This document shows positions 1 to 8,606 of a stretch of 20,000 nucleotides of DNA, piece by piece (the stretch's first letter is position 1; every line of letters starts with the position of its first letter). The DNA is taken from assembly GCA_041494685.1 (NCBI GenBank), contig JBGQBE010000003.1:45641-65640 (forward strand). The letters are read 5' to 3'. Made by a program: the position numbers and the translations under genes. The DNA is from Dehalococcoidia bacterium. Lineage in GTDB: Bacteria; Chloroflexota; Dehalococcoidia; DSTF01; JACRBR01. Under the pieces are notes generated by a model, which was not told the DNA's origin, made no database searches, and was given only the letters and a program-made list of their open reading frames with translations.

Positions 1-639
1 GACGCGGCGGGGTTCGTCATGGCAATACCGGCCGGTACCGGCGACCCGCTGACCTGGAACGACGCCAAGCTGGTGAACCGGCCGGACGACGAAGCCTTCC
101 TGAAGGACGCGCTGGCGGCGCTCCAATCGACGCTATGCCTCGACCCCGACCGCGTGTACCTCGCCGGCTTCTCGCTGGGCGGGGCGATGGCGATCCGCAC
201 AGCGTGCGACGCGCCGGAGACGTTCGCGGCGGTGGGCCTCGTCAGCGCCGTGTACGTGGGGTGCCAGCCGAAGGCGCCGCTGATCGCGTTCCACGGCATC
301 GCCGACCCGGTCGTGCCGTTCGAGGGAGGCGACAATCCGCCGGAGCGGGGCGGCGGCACGTTCCCGCCGGTGCGGCGCGCCGTTTCGGGGTGGGCGGTGG
401 GACTGGGGTGCGACGGCCTGCCGCTGATCTCGCGCCCCGCGCCGAGCGTGGAGCTGTCCGCGTTTCAGCGCTGCGGCCCCGGCACGGACGTCTCGCTCTA
501 TGCGATCAGCGGCGGCGGGCACAGCTGGCCGGGCTCGAAGATGACGCTGCCGGAGAACCTCGTCGGGACGACGTCGCAGGCGATCGACGCGACGAAGACG
601 ATGTGGGAGTTCTTCGCGGCGCATCCGCGGGCACACTGA
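1..639 (+). CDS. PHB depolymerase/LpqC-family alpha/beta hydrolase (esterase), 5' truncated by the window edge
   Basis: Frame is open from base 1 (DAAGFVM...). Contains the nucleophile motif GFSLGG, FHGIADPVVP (Asp) and GGGHSWPG (His), plus DPDRVYLAG typical of LpqC-like esterases. Confidence 0.85.
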   Translation, partial: DAAGFVMAIPAGTGDPLTWNDAKLVNRPDDEAFLKDALAALQSTLCLDPDRVYLAGFSLGGAMAIRTACDAPETFAAVGLVSAVYVGCQPKAPLIAFHGIADPVVPFEGGDNPPERGGGTFPPVRRAVSGWAVGLGCDGLPLISRPAPSVELSAFQRCGPGTDVSLYAISGGGHSWPGSKMTLPENLVGTTSQAIDATKTMWEFFAAHPRAH

Positions 640-701
640 CGCTCAGCGGCGCAGGATGTGGTGCGTCGTTTAGTCTCGGGGCTCCGGGCGTTCGTCCGCG
701 A

Positions 702-1298
702 TCAGGCCGGCTCAGGCGGGCTCCGGTGGACGGAGACCGCGTAGTCGCTGGCAGCGCCCCATGCGCCGCACTCCCACGTGGACCAACGCTCGGCGAGGAC
801 GAGGCCTGCGTTTGCGGCGAGTTCGTCGTACCGCTCGATTGAGAGCCGCCCCGACTTGAGCTGGAATCCGGCGACCAGCACACCGCCCGGCCGGAGGTGG
901 CGTGCGAGGTTCGACACGACATCCTGCTCGCTGCCCGGCGCGAGGAAGATCATGACGTTGCCCGCCATGACGATGGCGTCGAACGAGCGGCCGAGGTCGA
1001 CGGTCGCGAGATCGGCGAGGCACCATGCGACGTCCGGTGCCTTGCGTCGCGCCGTGGCCAGCATCTCCGCGTCGATATCGATGCCGACGACCTCGAGTCT
1101 GCGGCGCGCGAGCTCGCGGCCGACGCGGCCGGTGCCGCAGCCCGCGTCGAGTACCGATGCCGGCGCGAAGCGCTGCACGAAGTCGGCCTCGCCGTGGACG
1201 TGCTCGCCGGCGGCGGCACGGCGCTCGTACGTCGCGTCGTAATCGTCGCCGGAGACACTGCGGCTTTGCAGCCAGCGGTTCGCGGGGTCTGTCGTCAT
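702..1298 (-). CDS. Class I SAM-dependent methyltransferase (198 aa)
   Basis: Likely true start MTTDPANR at 1298, inside the 702..2090 ORF. Motif I VLDAGCGTG, GIDID and FDAIV are present. The ATG overlaps the DUF885 stop (ATGA). Confidence 0.9.
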   Translation of the reverse strand: MTTDPANRWLQSRSVSGDDYDATYERRAAAGEHVHGEADFVQRFAPASVLDAGCGTGRVGRELARRRLEVVGIDIDAEMLATARRKAPDVAWCLADLATVDLGRSFDAIVMAGNVMIFLAPGSEQDVVSNLARHLRPGGVLVAGFQLKSGRLSIERYDELAANAGLVLAERWSTWECGAWGAASDYAVSVHRSPPEPA

Positions 1299-2995
1299 GC
1301 GGGTGCGTCGCCTCCCGTCGCACGCGCGAGTTCGCGGGCGAGTTGGTCCAGCCCCATGGGGCCCAAGTTCAGCGCGCGCGTGTGGAAACGCTTGAGGTCG
1401 AACGCCGCGCCTTCGCCCTGGCGAGCGGCGTCGCGGGCGGCGAGCCAGGCGCGCTCGCCGACCTTGTAGCTGATCGCCTGCGCGGGCCAGCCGAGGTAGC
1501 GCACGACCTCGCTCGCCATGAACTCGCGCGGACGCAGGCTGCGCTCGACGGCGAAAGCGAGCGCCATGTCGTGGGACCAGACTTCGCCGCAGTGAAAGCG
1601 CTCCGACGCCGGGATCGGCAGCTGGAGGTGCAGGCCGATGTCGATGATCACACGGACGCAGCGCATCGCCTGCGCGCTGAGCATGCCCATGTAGTGGTCG
1701 GGGTTGTCGAGGTAGCCCAGCTCGCCCATCAGGCGCTCGGCGTAGAGCGCCCAGCCTTCGCCGTGGCCGGAGATGAAGCCGAGCGTGCGCTGGTAGCGCG
1801 AGAGCTCGCCGCCGAGGCAGCGCACTGCGCCGACCTGCAGGTGGTGGCCGGGCACACCCTCGTGATAGGCGGTGGATACTTCGCCCCACAGGGGGAAACG
1901 CGTCCGCGTGCCGATGGGCCACCAGGTGCGGCCGGGGCGCGAGAAATCCTCCGAGGGGCCGCTGTAGTAGGGCGCGAGTGCGCCCCCGGCCGGCGGGATC
2001 GTCACCTCGACGACCTTGACGCGCGGGTCGATGTCGAAGTGGCGCCCATCGAGATCGTCGAGCGCGCGGTCGTGCAGGTCCTGCAGCCACGCGCGGTACG
2101 CGTCGATGCCCTCGATCAAGCGCGCCGGATCGGTTTCGAGCAGGTGCAGCGCGTCGGCGATGCTGCCGCCGGGGGCGATCCGGCGGGCGGTCTGCTCCAT
2201 CTCGCGCTCGACGCGGTAGAGCTCGTCCCAGCCCCAGCGATAGGTCTCGTCGAAGTCCAGCTCGCAGCCGTTGAAGGAGCGCGAGTTGAGGGTGTAGCGC
2301 TCACGTCCGACGCCATCGGCGTCGGCGGCCTTCGCGAGATACTCGTCGAGCAGGTACGCGCGGAAGCGGGCGTAGGCGGATTCCGCCGCGCGGACGCCGG
2401 ACTCGAGGTCGCCGCGCAGCGCCGGCGATGAGACACCGCTGCGGTCGAAGGAGTCGAGCAACGAGTTGAAGAAGGACGGCTGGCCGGGGCGCAGGCCGCT
2501 CCAGATCTCCGCCTGGGCGGCGCACTCCCGCACTTGCCGTTTCGCCGCGACGAGGCCGCGCTCCGCGCCGAGCGCGAGCGAGCGCCGGAAGCCGTCGAGC
2601 GCGCGTGGCACGAGCGCGAGGCGCGCGGCGATGTTGCGCCAGTGCTCGTCGGTCGCGCGCGGCATCTGGTCGAAGACGCTGCGGATGCTGGACATGGGGC
2701 TGGCGATGATGCGCAACGCGCGCAGCTGCTCGCCGGCGGCGTGCGTGTCGAGGCGGACGTTGAAGCGCTCGGTCATGCAGTCGCGGGCGATGCGGTCGTG
2801 CTCGTCCTCGATGGGCGCGGCGGCGAGCTCGCGCAGCGTCCGCCGGTCGAGGTCGGCGACGGCGTCGGAGCCGTCGGGCGAGTAGTCGGTCATCTCCGAG
2901 TCGTGGCCGGGCACGCCCCAGGCGGTCGCGCCGCTCGGGTCGAGGGCGGCGAGCTGGTCGACGTACTGGTCGGCGATATCGAAGACGCGGGACAT
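1295..2995 (-). CDS. DUF885 domain protein (putative zinc metallopeptidase-like)
   Basis: 566 aa with HEGVPGHHLQ, EGWALYAE, IDIGLH, EVVRY..WPAQAISYKVG and FDLKRFH motifs. SD GGAGGAG directly upstream. Confidence 0.9.
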   Translation of the reverse strand: MSRVFDIADQYVDQLAALDPSGATAWGVPGHDSEMTDYSPDGSDAVADLDRRTLRELAAAPIEDEHDRIARDCMTERFNVRLDTHAAGEQLRALRIIASPMSSIRSVFDQMPRATDEHWRNIAARLALVPRALDGFRRSLALGAERGLVAAKRQVRECAAQAEIWSGLRPGQPSFFNSLLDSFDRSGVSSPALRGDLESGVRAAESAYARFRAYLLDEYLAKAADADGVGRERYTLNSRSFNGCELDFDETYRWGWDELYRVEREMEQTARRIAPGGSIADALHLLETDPARLIEGIDAYRAWLQDLHDRALDDLDGRHFDIDPRVKVVEVTIPPAGGALAPYYSGPSEDFSRPGRTWWPIGTRTRFPLWGEVSTAYHEGVPGHHLQVGAVRCLGGELSRYQRTLGFISGHGEGWALYAERLMGELGYLDNPDHYMGMLSAQAMRCVRVIIDIGLHLQLPIPASERFHCGEVWSHDMALAFAVERSLRPREFMASEVVRYLGWPAQAISYKVGERAWLAARDAARQGEGAAFDLKRFHTRALNLGPMGLDQLARELARATGGDAPA

Positions 2996-3149
2996 GGCTC
3001 CTCCATTCGGGATGGCGGGCGTGGCGCCCGTGCGGTGATTCTGGAGGTTGCGGGGCGTGAGGGCCAGTCACGGCGCGCGGCGGGCGCATCCAAGAGGGGC
3101 GCCACCGCGCATATTCCGCGGGGTGGGAGGATTCGGCGCGGATTGCCAC

Positions 3150-3179
3150 TTGACGAACAGGTGTTCTAAGTGCGATGAT
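3150..3179 (+). promoter_or_regulatory. Putative sigma70 promoter of comM (-35 TTGACG 3150-3155; extended -10 TGcGATGAT 3171-3179)
   Basis: Near-consensus -35 with an 18-bp spacer, and a TGn-extended -10 9 nt before the ATG at 3189. No SD. Confidence 0.6.
3155..3166. promoter_or_regulatory. LexA (SOS/Cheo-type) box GAAC-AGGT-GTTC
   Basis: Perfect GAAC-N4-GTTC (CGAACAGGTGTTCT) overlapping the end of the -35 and the spacer of the comM promoter. Confidence 0.75.
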
Positions 3180-3188
3180 CGCGCCGCT

Positions 3189-4721
3189 ATGGCGCTGGCA
3201 AAGATCCTTTCGTGCGCGGTTGTGGGCCTGGAGGGCGAGATCGTCGAGTGCGAGGTCGACGTGTCGCGCCGTGGGCTGAACAGCATGGCGATGGTCGGGC
3301 TGCCGGATGCGGCGGTCAAGGAGGCGAAGGACCGTGTCGAGTCGGCGATCAAGAACTCCGGCTTCCGCTTCCCGAACGGCCGGGTCGTCATCAACCTCGC
3401 GCCGGCCGACATCCGCAAAGAGGGGCCGACCTACGACCTGCCGATCGCGGTGGGGGTGATGGTGGCGGCCGGCGAGGTGGTGGCCGACATCAGCCAGTGC
3501 GTCTTCCTGGGCGAACTGTCGCTGGACGGGGCGGTGCGACACGCGCAGGGCATCCTGCCGATGGTGGCACTGGCGCGGGAGCGCGGCATCCGCACGGCGT
3601 ACGTGCCGTCGGTGGACGCGGCGGAGGCAGCGCTGCTGCCGGACATGACGATCTATCCCGTCGCGACGCTGGCGGCGCTGCTGGGGCATCTCGGCGGGCG
3701 CGATCCGATCGCGCCGGTGCCGCACACGGGCATGGCGCCGCCGCGCGACGAGCAGTGGCACGGCACGGACTTCGCGGACATCAAGGGGCAGGAGCACGTG
3801 AAGCGCGCGCTGGAGGTAGCGGCGGCGGGCGGGCACAACCTGATGATGAGCGGTCCGCCCGGCAGCGGGAAGACGCTGCTGGCGCGGGCGCTGCCGTCGA
3901 TCCTGCCGGCGATGACGCCGGAGGAGCAGCTGGACGCGACGAAGATCTATTCGGTGGCGGGACTGCTGCCGGCGGACACGCCGCTGATCACGCGGAGGCC
4001 GTTCCGGGCGCCGCACCACACGATCTCGCACGCGGGGCTGGTCGGCGGCGGGCGGAACCCGCGGCCGGGGGAGATCACGCTGAGCCATCGCGGCGTGCTG
4101 TTCCTGGACGAGTTGCCGGAGTTTGGCCAGCAGGTGCTGGAGGTGATGCGGCAGCCGCTGGAGGACCGGACGGTGACGATCTCCCGCGCGAGCGGGACGG
4201 TCACGTACCCGGCGAACTTCATGCTGGTGTGCGCGCAGAACCCGTGCCCGTGCGGCTTCGCGGGCGACCTTGCGAAGGAGTGCTCGTGCTCGTCATCGAC
4301 GGTGACGCGCTACCAGAAGCGGGTGTCGGGGCCGCTGCTCGACCGCATCGACATCTTCGTCGAGGTGCCGCGCGTGGAGTACGAGAAGCTGTCGTCGGAG
4401 TGGCGGGGCGAGCCGTCGGAGGTCGTGAGAGAGCGGGTGGAGGATGCGCGTCGCGTGCAGCAGGCGCGGTTCGCCGGCACGCGCTTCATGGCGAACGCGG
4501 AGATGACGCCGACGGAGGTGCGCACGTACTGCCAGACGCAGCTCGACGAGCAGGCGCAATCGCTGCTGCGGCTGGCGATGGCGCAGCTATCACTGTCGGC
4601 GCGGTCGTTCCACCGGATCCTGAAGCTCTCGCGTACGATCGCGGACCTGGCGGGATCGGAGATCATCGCGTCGCACCACCTGGCGGAGGCGGTGCAGTAT
4701 CGGCAGCGCGCGTCAGGGTGA
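3189..4721 (+). CDS. comM: YifB/ComM family Mg-chelatase-like AAA+ ATPase
   Basis: Start MALAKILSCAVVGLEG at 3189. Motifs VGLPDAAVKE, INLAPADIRKEG, Walker A GPPGSGKT, RAPHHT, Walker B LFLDE, NPCPCG, SGPLLDRID and LSARS. Confidence 0.93.
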   Translation: MALAKILSCAVVGLEGEIVECEVDVSRRGLNSMAMVGLPDAAVKEAKDRVESAIKNSGFRFPNGRVVINLAPADIRKEGPTYDLPIAVGVMVAAGEVVADISQCVFLGELSLDGAVRHAQGILPMVALARERGIRTAYVPSVDAAEAALLPDMTIYPVATLAALLGHLGGRDPIAPVPHTGMAPPRDEQWHGTDFADIKGQEHVKRALEVAAAGGHNLMMSGPPGSGKTLLARALPSILPAMTPEEQLDATKIYSVAGLLPADTPLITRRPFRAPHHTISHAGLVGGGRNPRPGEITLSHRGVLFLDELPEFGQQVLEVMRQPLEDRTVTISRASGTVTYPANFMLVCAQNPCPCGFAGDLAKECSCSSSTVTRYQKRVSGPLLDRIDIFVEVPRVEYEKLSSEWRGEPSEVVRERVEDARRVQQARFAGTRFMANAEMTPTEVRTYCQTQLDEQAQSLLRLAMAQLSLSARSFHRILKLSRTIADLAGSEIIASHHLAEAVQYRQRASG

Positions 4722-5582
4722 GTCTGTGCGGCGGCGGTACGGCGCGATGCCCGAGGTCTCGATGCGCGTGGCGTAGACGCCCGTGCGCGCGGCGATGAAG
4801 AGCGTGGAGCCATCTTCGCCCCACGTGCAGTTGGCGGGCAGCTGCGGGCAATCGATGACGCCCAGCGGCCGTCCGTCCGGGGCGAAGACCTGCACCGTCA
4901 TCGCGCAGACGTAGAGGCGGCCGGCGCGGTCGACCTTCATGCCGTCCGGGCGGCCTTCTTCGCGCATCTCGGCGAAGACGAGGCCGTTGCTCAGTGATCC
5001 CTCGGGCGCGACGTCGAACGCGCGGACGTGATGGCGCGCCGTATCGGCGATGTAGAGCGTGCGCTCGTCCGGCGAGAATGCGAGGCCGTTCGGGCGATCG
5101 AAGTCGGTGAGGAGCAGCGTCAGCCCGCTGCCGTCGGCGGCGATGGTGAAGACGCCGTTATACGGCAGTTCGCGCTGGTCCTCCGTGATGCCGTAGGGCG
5201 GGTCGGTGAAGAAGATGCGGCCGTCGTCGCGGACCACCACGTCGTTCGGGCTGTTCAGCCGCTTCCCGTCGTAGTGCGTCGCGAGCGCGTGCACGGCGCC
5301 GTCGCGCTCGATCGAGACGCGCCGGTTCTCGTGCTCGCAGGCGACCACGCGCATCGCGGCGTCGAGCGTCAGTCCGTTGGACTGCCCCGACGGCTGGCGG
5401 TAGACGTCGAGCGCGCCGCCGCGCCAGCGCATGATGCGGCTGTTGGGGATGTCGCTGAACAGCAGCACTCCGTCCGGATGCCAGACAGGTCCTTCCGTGA
5501 ATCCCAGCCCGTCGCCGATGAGGCGCCAGGGCTCGCTGGCGACGAGTGGGCGCAGACCATCGTCGAAGCGGACGTCAGGCAT
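4713..5582 (-). CDS. SMP-30/gluconolactonase/LRE family beta-propeller
   Basis: Motifs FTEGPVW, LLFSDIP, SNGL, LNSPND, FTDPPYG, PNGLAFSPDE and PDGMKVD. The 3' end overlaps comM by 9 nt (convergent). Confidence 0.92.
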   Translation of the reverse strand: MPDVRFDDGLRPLVASEPWRLIGDGLGFTEGPVWHPDGVLLFSDIPNSRIMRWRGGALDVYRQPSGQSNGLTLDAAMRVVACEHENRRVSIERDGAVHALATHYDGKRLNSPNDVVVRDDGRIFFTDPPYGITEDQRELPYNGVFTIAADGSGLTLLLTDFDRPNGLAFSPDERTLYIADTARHHVRAFDVAPEGSLSNGLVFAEMREEGRPDGMKVDRAGRLYVCAMTVQVFAPDGRPLGVIDCPQLPANCTWGEDGSTLFIAARTGVYATRIETSGIAPYRRRTDSP

Positions 5583-5616
5583 CGGTTCGCGTGAACCTCG
5601 GCATCATGGTGTGCTC

Positions 5617-6846
5617 CTAGAAGTCATCGGGGCAGTATGGCGCAAATGGCGTCGAGAAGACGTCGGTCAGCGCGGCCACGGCGCGCTCGTGCGATGCGCG
5701 CACCGCGCCGACGCGGACGGAGTCGGCGGGCTTCATAAAGCCGTTATAGATCGGCCCGAGCGCACGCGCATCCATTTCAATCTCGGCTGGCGCCTCCGTG
5801 CGCTCGGCGCTCATGCGCCCCTCATGCGATGCGATGCGCCACGTGCCGGCGTTCCAGGGAGCGGCGTCGTCGGTGAGCGCCAGCGTGACGGACTTGCCGC
5901 TGGCCTGCGGCAGCGCGGGCCGCAACTCGATCGCCTGCTGCACGTCGACGAGGCGGAGCATGATGCCCAGCCACGCCCCGGGCGGCTCCTCGATGTGTAC
6001 CGGTTCCTCGAGCGCGTCCGGCAGCGGCTCATCCGGCGAGGCGAGGAGGAAGATGCGCGACGCAAGGTCGTGGCCCAGCAGGTACGAGAGGACCGCGGCG
6101 TAGGCGTCCGCATCGAGCGCACACCAGTCGAACACGCGCAGCACGGTCTCGCCTGTCGGGTGGCCCGGCGAGGGCCCGCGGCTCACGGACGAGTAGACGA
6201 CGTACCCCAGGGCTTCGCCGGCGGCGTTGGACCAGACTGCGGCGTCGCGCGGCCGGTCGGCATAGTCGGTCAGCACGTTGTAGCGCCAACGGCGCTCGCT
6301 GCGGGTCAGCGCCCCGTTGCGCGGCGCGTAGAACGCGGTGTAGACGGCGTCGAGGGTAGCCCAGTCGTCTGCGCCGACGCGGCGCCACGTGCCTTTCGCG
6401 CCCAGGCGGCGCACCTTCGCGGTCTTCGGCTGGAAGGCGTAGCTCATCATCCGACCCGCCAGCTCCCAGCCGAAGCGGCGGTAGAGCGAGTAGTGCGGCG
6501 TGTACAGCGCCGAGAGCGGCTGCCCCGCATCGCGCATCTGCGCCAGCGACGCGCGGAGCAGCGCGCCGACGTAGCCGTCGCGCCGCCGCTCCGGCAGGCA
6601 ACTGACCGAGGCGACGCCGCCGAGCGGGACCTTCGCTCCGTTGATGTACTGCTCGAACGGGACGATCGTGAGCCCGGCGACCTGCTCCGCGCCGTCGAAC
6701 GCCGCGAGGGACCAGTCCCGCTGGTAGTAGAGGTCGCGACGGGCAACGGCTTTGTCGCCGCGGTCGCCGTTGAAGGCGTACGCGGAGATGAAGCTGTGCT
6801 GCGCCCACTCGGCGTCGGTTAACGGCGGCCGGATCTCGATGCCCAT
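5617..6846 (-). CDS. Eis-like GNAT acetyltransferase (tandem GNAT plus SCP2-like C-terminus)
   Basis: 409 aa. GGVASV..LPERRRDG (acetyl-CoA loop), SALY...LYRRFGWE, MLRLVDVQQA, DDAAPWNAGTW and a C-terminal PYCPDDF ending in Phe, as in Eis. Confidence 0.88.
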   Translation of the reverse strand: MGIEIRPPLTDAEWAQHSFISAYAFNGDRGDKAVARRDLYYQRDWSLAAFDGAEQVAGLTIVPFEQYINGAKVPLGGVASVSCLPERRRDGYVGALLRASLAQMRDAGQPLSALYTPHYSLYRRFGWELAGRMMSYAFQPKTAKVRRLGAKGTWRRVGADDWATLDAVYTAFYAPRNGALTRSERRWRYNVLTDYADRPRDAAVWSNAAGEALGYVVYSSVSRGPSPGHPTGETVLRVFDWCALDADAYAAVLSYLLGHDLASRIFLLASPDEPLPDALEEPVHIEEPPGAWLGIMLRLVDVQQAIELRPALPQASGKSVTLALTDDAAPWNAGTWRIASHEGRMSAERTEAPAEIEMDARALGPIYNGFMKPADSVRVGAVRASHERAVAALTDVFSTPFAPYCPDDF

Positions 6847-6916
6847 GGTGTCCCAGCGTACCCGCTCGCGCGGGCGAGTTACAGGCAGGGCGTTGAACTT
6901 CGCCAGGATGGAGCGG

Positions 6917-6933
6917 CCGTGCTGTCAGCACGG
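6917..6933. promoter_or_regulatory. Perfect inverted repeat CCGTGCTG-T-CAGCACGG (candidate operator) in the divergent intergenic region
   Basis: 8-bp arms with a 1-nt spacer, between the Eis-like and CysE-like genes. Confidence 0.4.
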
Positions 6934-6974
6934 ATGCCATTTCACCGCGGGGACCGCACCGGTATAGTCGCGGC

Positions 6975-7625
6975 ATGAGTGGACGCGGCCTGTGGCAGAG
7001 CATCCGAGCCGATCTGTTGGCGCAAGACCGCTTCGCGATCGGGCCGGGCTGGACGCCGCGTGGCGGCGGCGCGGGCGCGTGGTGGCACCGCTACAAACGC
7101 AACCACCACGCCGCGGGCATCATGATCCTGTATCGGGTGCGCGAGGCGGCGTTAAGGCGGCACCTGCCGGTGCTGCCAGGGCTCTGCGACCGCTTGATGG
7201 AGATCGTGCACCACACGTCGATCAGCCGCGGCGTGAAGCTGGGTGTGGGGGTGTACTTCCCGCACGGTGACGCGCACATCCACGGCGAGACGATCGTCGG
7301 CGACTGCGTGATCGTCGGTGTGCACTCCGGGCTGGGCCTGCGCGGAAGCTTCTTCTCGGATGACATGGGCACGAAAGGACCGACGATCGGCGCGTACACG
7401 CGCATCGGCACGGGCGCGAAGGTGCTGGGCGCGGTGACGGTGGGTGAGCGCGCGGTGATCGGCGCGGCGGCCGTCGTGCTGACGGACGTGCCGGAGGCGG
7501 CGACGGTCGTCGGCGTGCCGGCGCACGTCGTGCGGCAGGGGCCCGTCGGCGACGAACTGCCCGCCGCCCTCGAGCGCCTAGAGGCGCTGCGCGCGATGGC
7601 GCAGCGGCCGGACGAGGAGGACTGA
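6975..7625 (+). CDS. Serine O-acetyltransferase-like left-handed beta-helix (hexapeptide) acyltransferase
   Basis: YR motif, FPHG, PTIG...IGTGAKVLGAVTVGERAVIGAAAVVLTDVP..ATVVGVPA. A TATAGT -10 lies 6 nt upstream of the ATG. Confidence 0.8.
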   Translation: MSGRGLWQSIRADLLAQDRFAIGPGWTPRGGGAGAWWHRYKRNHHAAGIMILYRVREAALRRHLPVLPGLCDRLMEIVHHTSISRGVKLGVGVYFPHGDAHIHGETIVGDCVIVGVHSGLGLRGSFFSDDMGTKGPTIGAYTRIGTGAKVLGAVTVGERAVIGAAAVVLTDVPEAATVVGVPAHVVRQGPVGDELPAALERLEALRAMAQRPDEED

Positions 7626-7628
7626 TCC

Positions 7629-8603
7629 ATGGCGCGAGCGTACACCCGCGACCCGCTGCACCCGTTGGTCGAGGGGTTGTTCCAGGCGATCTTCGGCACA
7701 CGCCCGGCCGAGCGCGTGATGGAGGCGGACGTGCTGCGAGCCAGCGACCCGCTGACCGCGGCGATGTTCAACATCGGCGCCCCAACGCTTCCGGTCGAGC
7801 GCGAAATCACGATCCCGGGGCCCGCGGGCGACCTGCGTGCACTGGTGTTCGCGCCGCAGGAGGCGGGCGGCGCGCCACTGCCCGTCGTGGTGTACTTCCA
7901 CGGCGGCGGTTTCGTGATCATGACGCCGGAATCGTCAGCGAAGATCGCGAAGCGCATAGCCCAGAACGCCGGTGCGGTCGTCGTCAGTATCGACTACCGG
8001 CGCGCGCCGGAAGCCTCGTACCCGGCACCGCTGGACGATTGCATCGCGGCGTTCCGCTGGGTGCGCGCGCACGCGGCGTCGCTTGGCGGCGACCCGTCGA
8101 GGGTGGCGGTCGGCGGGGAATCGGCCGGGGGCAATCTCGCCGCAGCGACCGTGCTGCGGGTGCTGGCCGACGGAGACGCGCCGCCGGCCGCGGCGGTGCT
8201 GATGTGCGCGTGGCTGGACCTCCAAATGGATTCGCCGTCGTTTCGTGCGTTCGGCCCGACGGACGCGCTGATCGACGACGTCGTGATGACGTACTGGCGC
8301 GACTGCTACACCGACGATCCGGCCGTGTGGGCGAACCCGCTGGCGAGCCCGCTGCGCGGCGACCTGTCGGCGTTTCCTCCGGCGTGCGTGCTGGCGGGCG
8401 GCATCGACCCGCTGTGCGACGAAGACGTGCAGTTTGCGGAGAAGCTGAGGGCGGCGGGGCGCGACGTCGAGTTGCACGAGTACGCCGGCATGCCGCACAT
8501 CTGGAGCTTCTTCCCGCAGCTCGACGGTGTCACCGACGTCGACGCGCGCATCGGCGCGTTCCTGCGGCGCGTCTTCGGCAGCGAGGCGATCCTTCCGGAG
8601 TAG
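7629..8603 (+). CDS. Hormone-sensitive-lipase-family (family IV) alpha/beta hydrolase/esterase
   Basis: HGGGF oxyanion motif, IDYRRAPE..YPAPLDD, GESAGG nucleophile, DPLCDE and GMPH. Starts 3 nt after the previous stop. Confidence 0.93.
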   Translation: MARAYTRDPLHPLVEGLFQAIFGTRPAERVMEADVLRASDPLTAAMFNIGAPTLPVEREITIPGPAGDLRALVFAPQEAGGAPLPVVVYFHGGGFVIMTPESSAKIAKRIAQNAGAVVVSIDYRRAPEASYPAPLDDCIAAFRWVRAHAASLGGDPSRVAVGGESAGGNLAAATVLRVLADGDAPPAAAVLMCAWLDLQMDSPSFRAFGPTDALIDDVVMTYWRDCYTDDPAVWANPLASPLRGDLSAFPPACVLAGGIDPLCDEDVQFAEKLRAAGRDVELHEYAGMPHIWSFFPQLDGVTDVDARIGAFLRRVFGSEAILPE

Positions 8604-8606
8604 GAC

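Noticed and set aside
3048..3188. 47-codon N-terminal extension of comM given in the track
   Set aside because: It runs through the promoter and LexA box, and family similarity starts at MALAKI (3189).
5584..5597. GGTTC-GCGT-GAACC upstream of the lactonase as a second SOS box
   Set aside because: The half-sites are in the wrong order (GTTC-N4-GAAC). It is at most a small hairpin overlapping the SD.
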